DNA of 64,000 nucleotides from Macrostomum lignano (lineage: Eukaryota), in the NCBI GenBank assembly GCA_002269645.1, contig NIVC01001917.1, positions 1-64,000 of the forward strand. Direction: 5' to 3'. The translations under genes and the position numbers were made by a program. Each line of letters starts with the position of its first letter. Positions within the stretch are counted from its first letter, which is position 1. Below the pieces are notes generated by a model, which worked only from the letters and a program-made list of their open reading frames with translations, did not search any database and was not told the origin of the DNA. Shown in pieces: positions 61,217 to 64,000 of the stretch.

Positions 61217-62650
61217 CAGATAGATAGACAGATAGATAGATAGAGAGAGATATAGATAGATAGATAGACAGACAGATAGATAGATAAAGAGAGAGATAAA
61301 TAGCTATGACGGATAGGCAGGCAGACAAGCTCTATACTATTCATTTATTCTCAAAACCCGCGCCAGGCCGTCCGCCAACCCGCTGTCCGTGTGGCGCTGC
61401 GCCCGCGAAGTGTGGTCTACGAGCGGGCTATTAGGATTCTACAGGGGCATCCAGGCGTCCTATCTGGGCATAGCGGAGACTTCGCTACACTTTGTGATGT
61501 ACGAGCACCTGAAGCGCAGGCTAATCGAATGGTCTCGCCAAGGCGCCGCGGCTGACGGTATGGAATTGCCGGATCACGGCGGAGTCAGCAGGGCTGACGA
61601 GATGGTGTTCTGCACAATTGCCAGCATGCTGTCCAAGTCAACCGTGACCGTGGCCTGCTATCCGCACGGTGAGGCCTGCCTGTTCAGTCCAGTCAAATTC
61701 TTCTAAACTTATCATTATCATTTCTGATTCATTTGGACTAAATAAAGCATTCATAGTTTGTTTTTTTGTTTGCACTTTTGCGCCTCTGCCCTCCCACTGG
61801 CAAGCTCTTGCGTCTGAGTTGTTCTCTCACTCGTACAACCCTCCACCTCCATTTCTACTCTCTACACCAAAGCGGAAAGCTCCCCGTTCTTTCCAAGCTT
61901 AGGCTTTCCAGGCTGGGCCAGTTGTAAAATAGTGCAGCACAGCGGGAGGTGGGGCGTCACGCGCACTCGCTTGCCGAATGCGTGCGCGCGCGGTGCGGTC
62001 CAGCACAGCATGGCCAATGCAACAAGATTGTGTTGAATCTCGGTTAACTGGCTAGTTGGCGTGTTTGTATATTTTGCTCAAGTTAGCTTATTTGATTACC
62101 TGCTGAGGAAATCATGTAAATTTAGGAAAATAACGGAGGCGGATCTTCATACAATAGAAAAATCCTGGCAATAACCATAAAAGTGGGATGGACAACGTTT
62201 TTTGACCATCATACGAAAGTATAATTATAACACTAATCCTCTGACAGACATAAGTTCGTCTGATTACAAAGCAAGTATGACAATTGAAGTCAATAATCTA
62301 TCAGTTGGTCTATATAGTTTTTTAGTTTAATAAGCGGCCCGCAAAGCCTTCCTATCCGACCTTCATATCAGGTCAAGGTTTGTCATTTGCCATTTGAGCC
62401 TCAGTTAATAGAGTGATTATATTAAAAAATACAAATTGCAGAAGTTCTGCGAACCCGCCTACGCCAGGAGGGCTCAAAGTACACCGGCCTTGTCCAGACT
62501 GTGCGCCTCGTTGTCAAAGAGGAAGGCTTCCGCGCCATGTACAAAGGCCTGCTGACTCATTTTGTTCGCCAGATTCCTAACACCTGTATAGTGCTAACCA
62601 CCTATGAGGGTGTACTGCATTTCTTCCGTTCTAATGGCATGCTGCTGTAG
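56749..62650 (+). CDS. SLC25A36: Mitochondrial pyrimidine nucleotide carrier SLC25A33/36 (Rim2) family (exons 56749-56792, 59444-59965, 61367-61668, 62442-62650)
   Basis: Motifs HLIAGG|[31 protein letters not shown]...[49 protein letters not shown]|[15 protein letters not shown] and EEG..A.YKGL..H..RQIPNT. Phases 2, 2, 1 are consistent. A33 versus A36 is not resolvable. Confidence 0.93.
57257..58290 (-). mobile_element. 5'-truncated, decayed RTE-type non-LTR retrotransposon in SLC25A36 intron 1
   Basis: RT motifs [27 protein letters not shown] (YADD-like), [15 protein letters not shown] and [11 protein letters not shown] are spread over shifted frames. A 3' (TTG)n tail lies at 57257-57275. 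Confidence 0.88.
60720..61292. repeat. (GATA)n/(GACA) microsatellite of about 570 bp in SLC25A36 intron 2
   Basis: Read directly from the sequence. Confidence 0.98.
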
Positions 62651-64000
62651 GATCCTTGTGTGCAGTGTATAACCGATATGTCTGGGTGCATTTTGTGTTT
62701 AGAGTTTGTTGTATCTTTGAAGTTATAAAATATAGCAATGAACTTGAGTCTTGATGTTGTATGTGCGTTTATAAAGCTATTTATCCCCCACTTGCCCCGG
62801 GCGAACGTCTATGGTCTCAGTGTAAATTTCATTTATTTGCATCGGTGCAAATAAACGGTTTATTTCACTCGCCCAAAGACAATATTAAAACGCTGTTTCT
62901 AACTGCTCACTTGGCTACATAGAGAGAATTGTCTGAAACATTCACCGCATGTCTGAATCTGCAGAATATGGTATAGAAATTCTGCTATAGACCATAGACA
63001 TCAAATCATTTTTTTAAAATTGTCTTAATGTTCTTAACGCTTTCCCTGTTACGCTGCTTCTACCTTAAGTGGTGGATACATCACATATTCCCCGTTAATA
63101 CCAAGTGTCTAGGGCAAAAATGCTTTATTTGCCCTACACACTGGTATAAATGGGGAATATAAACCATTTATCGCACTGCATGCACCCAGGAATAAATTTT
63201 TCTACTAAACTGTGTACTAGCATTGTCTGGCCTTCAGTCAGAATTTGTTTATTATGTTTAGCATATTTTTTCTTAAATCTTGCCCCAAAACCCATTGCTT
63301 CATGATTCAATAAGTAGTATTTTGTGCTATAATAAGCAGGTTAGTTATTGTACCGACAATAATTTTCGCCCGACCATGTGTTTGCGCCTATGCTGCCTGT
63401 CCGATTCCTTTCGCTGTAGTTAATAAACATTCGTATTTCGGTGCGAACTTCAGCAATTCTTGCTTGAATTGCCTCTTTTTAATTAGAGGTGCTCTTCGGA
63501 TTATTTCGAGTTCGCATGGCCTAGAGGGCCAGTTTAAGGGGTAAATGGTGCAGCTCAGGCTAATAAGCCTCTTTAGTCGGTCTAACCGAACGATTGCAAA
63601 AAATATTTTTTTCGTTCGAGCGCTGCTGCGGATTTAAAGTTTAACAGTTTTCACTTTGTCCGCTCGCCTTGCCGTTTGTTTTCTTTTGATGAATAACGTT
63701 TCTATTTTTCACTTACTTTATTAAAGTACTTGTTCGTGACAGACTGTGACCCACTGATTATTAAAATTGTGTTTCGCCACAGATTATGACATAACGCTGC
63801 TGGTAATTATATTATTAAAATGTTGTTGGTATTCAGCTTTCCTGTCACAAACCTTTGGTAAAGGAGTTTGCGTTTCTTGCTGTTTTCCTTCATTTTATTA
63901 TTAGTTGTGCTAATTACTGCACCGCTCTTTGTTACAGGTGGATGATGGCTGAAAATGAGAGTTTAATTTTTTATAATCCTTTCCTTTCCCTATTGAAACA

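Noticed and set aside
60685-61344. (LSIY)n ORFs on the minus strand
   Set aside because: They are translations of the GATA microsatellite.

Overview
Eukaryotic (animal) genomic DNA, not prokaryotic. It has GC-rich exons, AT-rich GT-AG introns, TTAGGG interstitial repeats and a very high minisatellite load. The style resembles a free-living flatworm such as Macrostomum, but this is inference only. Ten protein-coding genes could be reconstructed by hand: a tandem pair of uncharacterised signal-peptide proteins with hydrophobic C-terminal tails (883-2749, 3415-5797); radial spoke head RSPH4/6 (-); NEURL2-like; DXO/Rai1; COQ3; a synaptotagmin-like protein; two tandem uridine phosphorylases (-); and an SLC25A33/36 mitochondrial pyrimidine carrier. 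Non-coding features include an 8.3-kb A-B-A-B array of Helitron-like units carrying TTAGGG tracts, a 4.7-kb 46-bp satellite, about ten other minisatellites, hAT-, Harbinger- and MULE-like MITEs, two CORE-SINEs, a decayed RTE-type LINE, and an orphan 64-bp 28S rRNA fragment covering the R2/I-PpoI target site. Many apparent frameshifts are single-base deletions, mostly in homopolymers, which suggests long-read sequence error rather than true pseudogenes. No CRISPR array or prokaryotic system is present. All coordinates were read by eye, and repeat boundaries and copy numbers are approximate.
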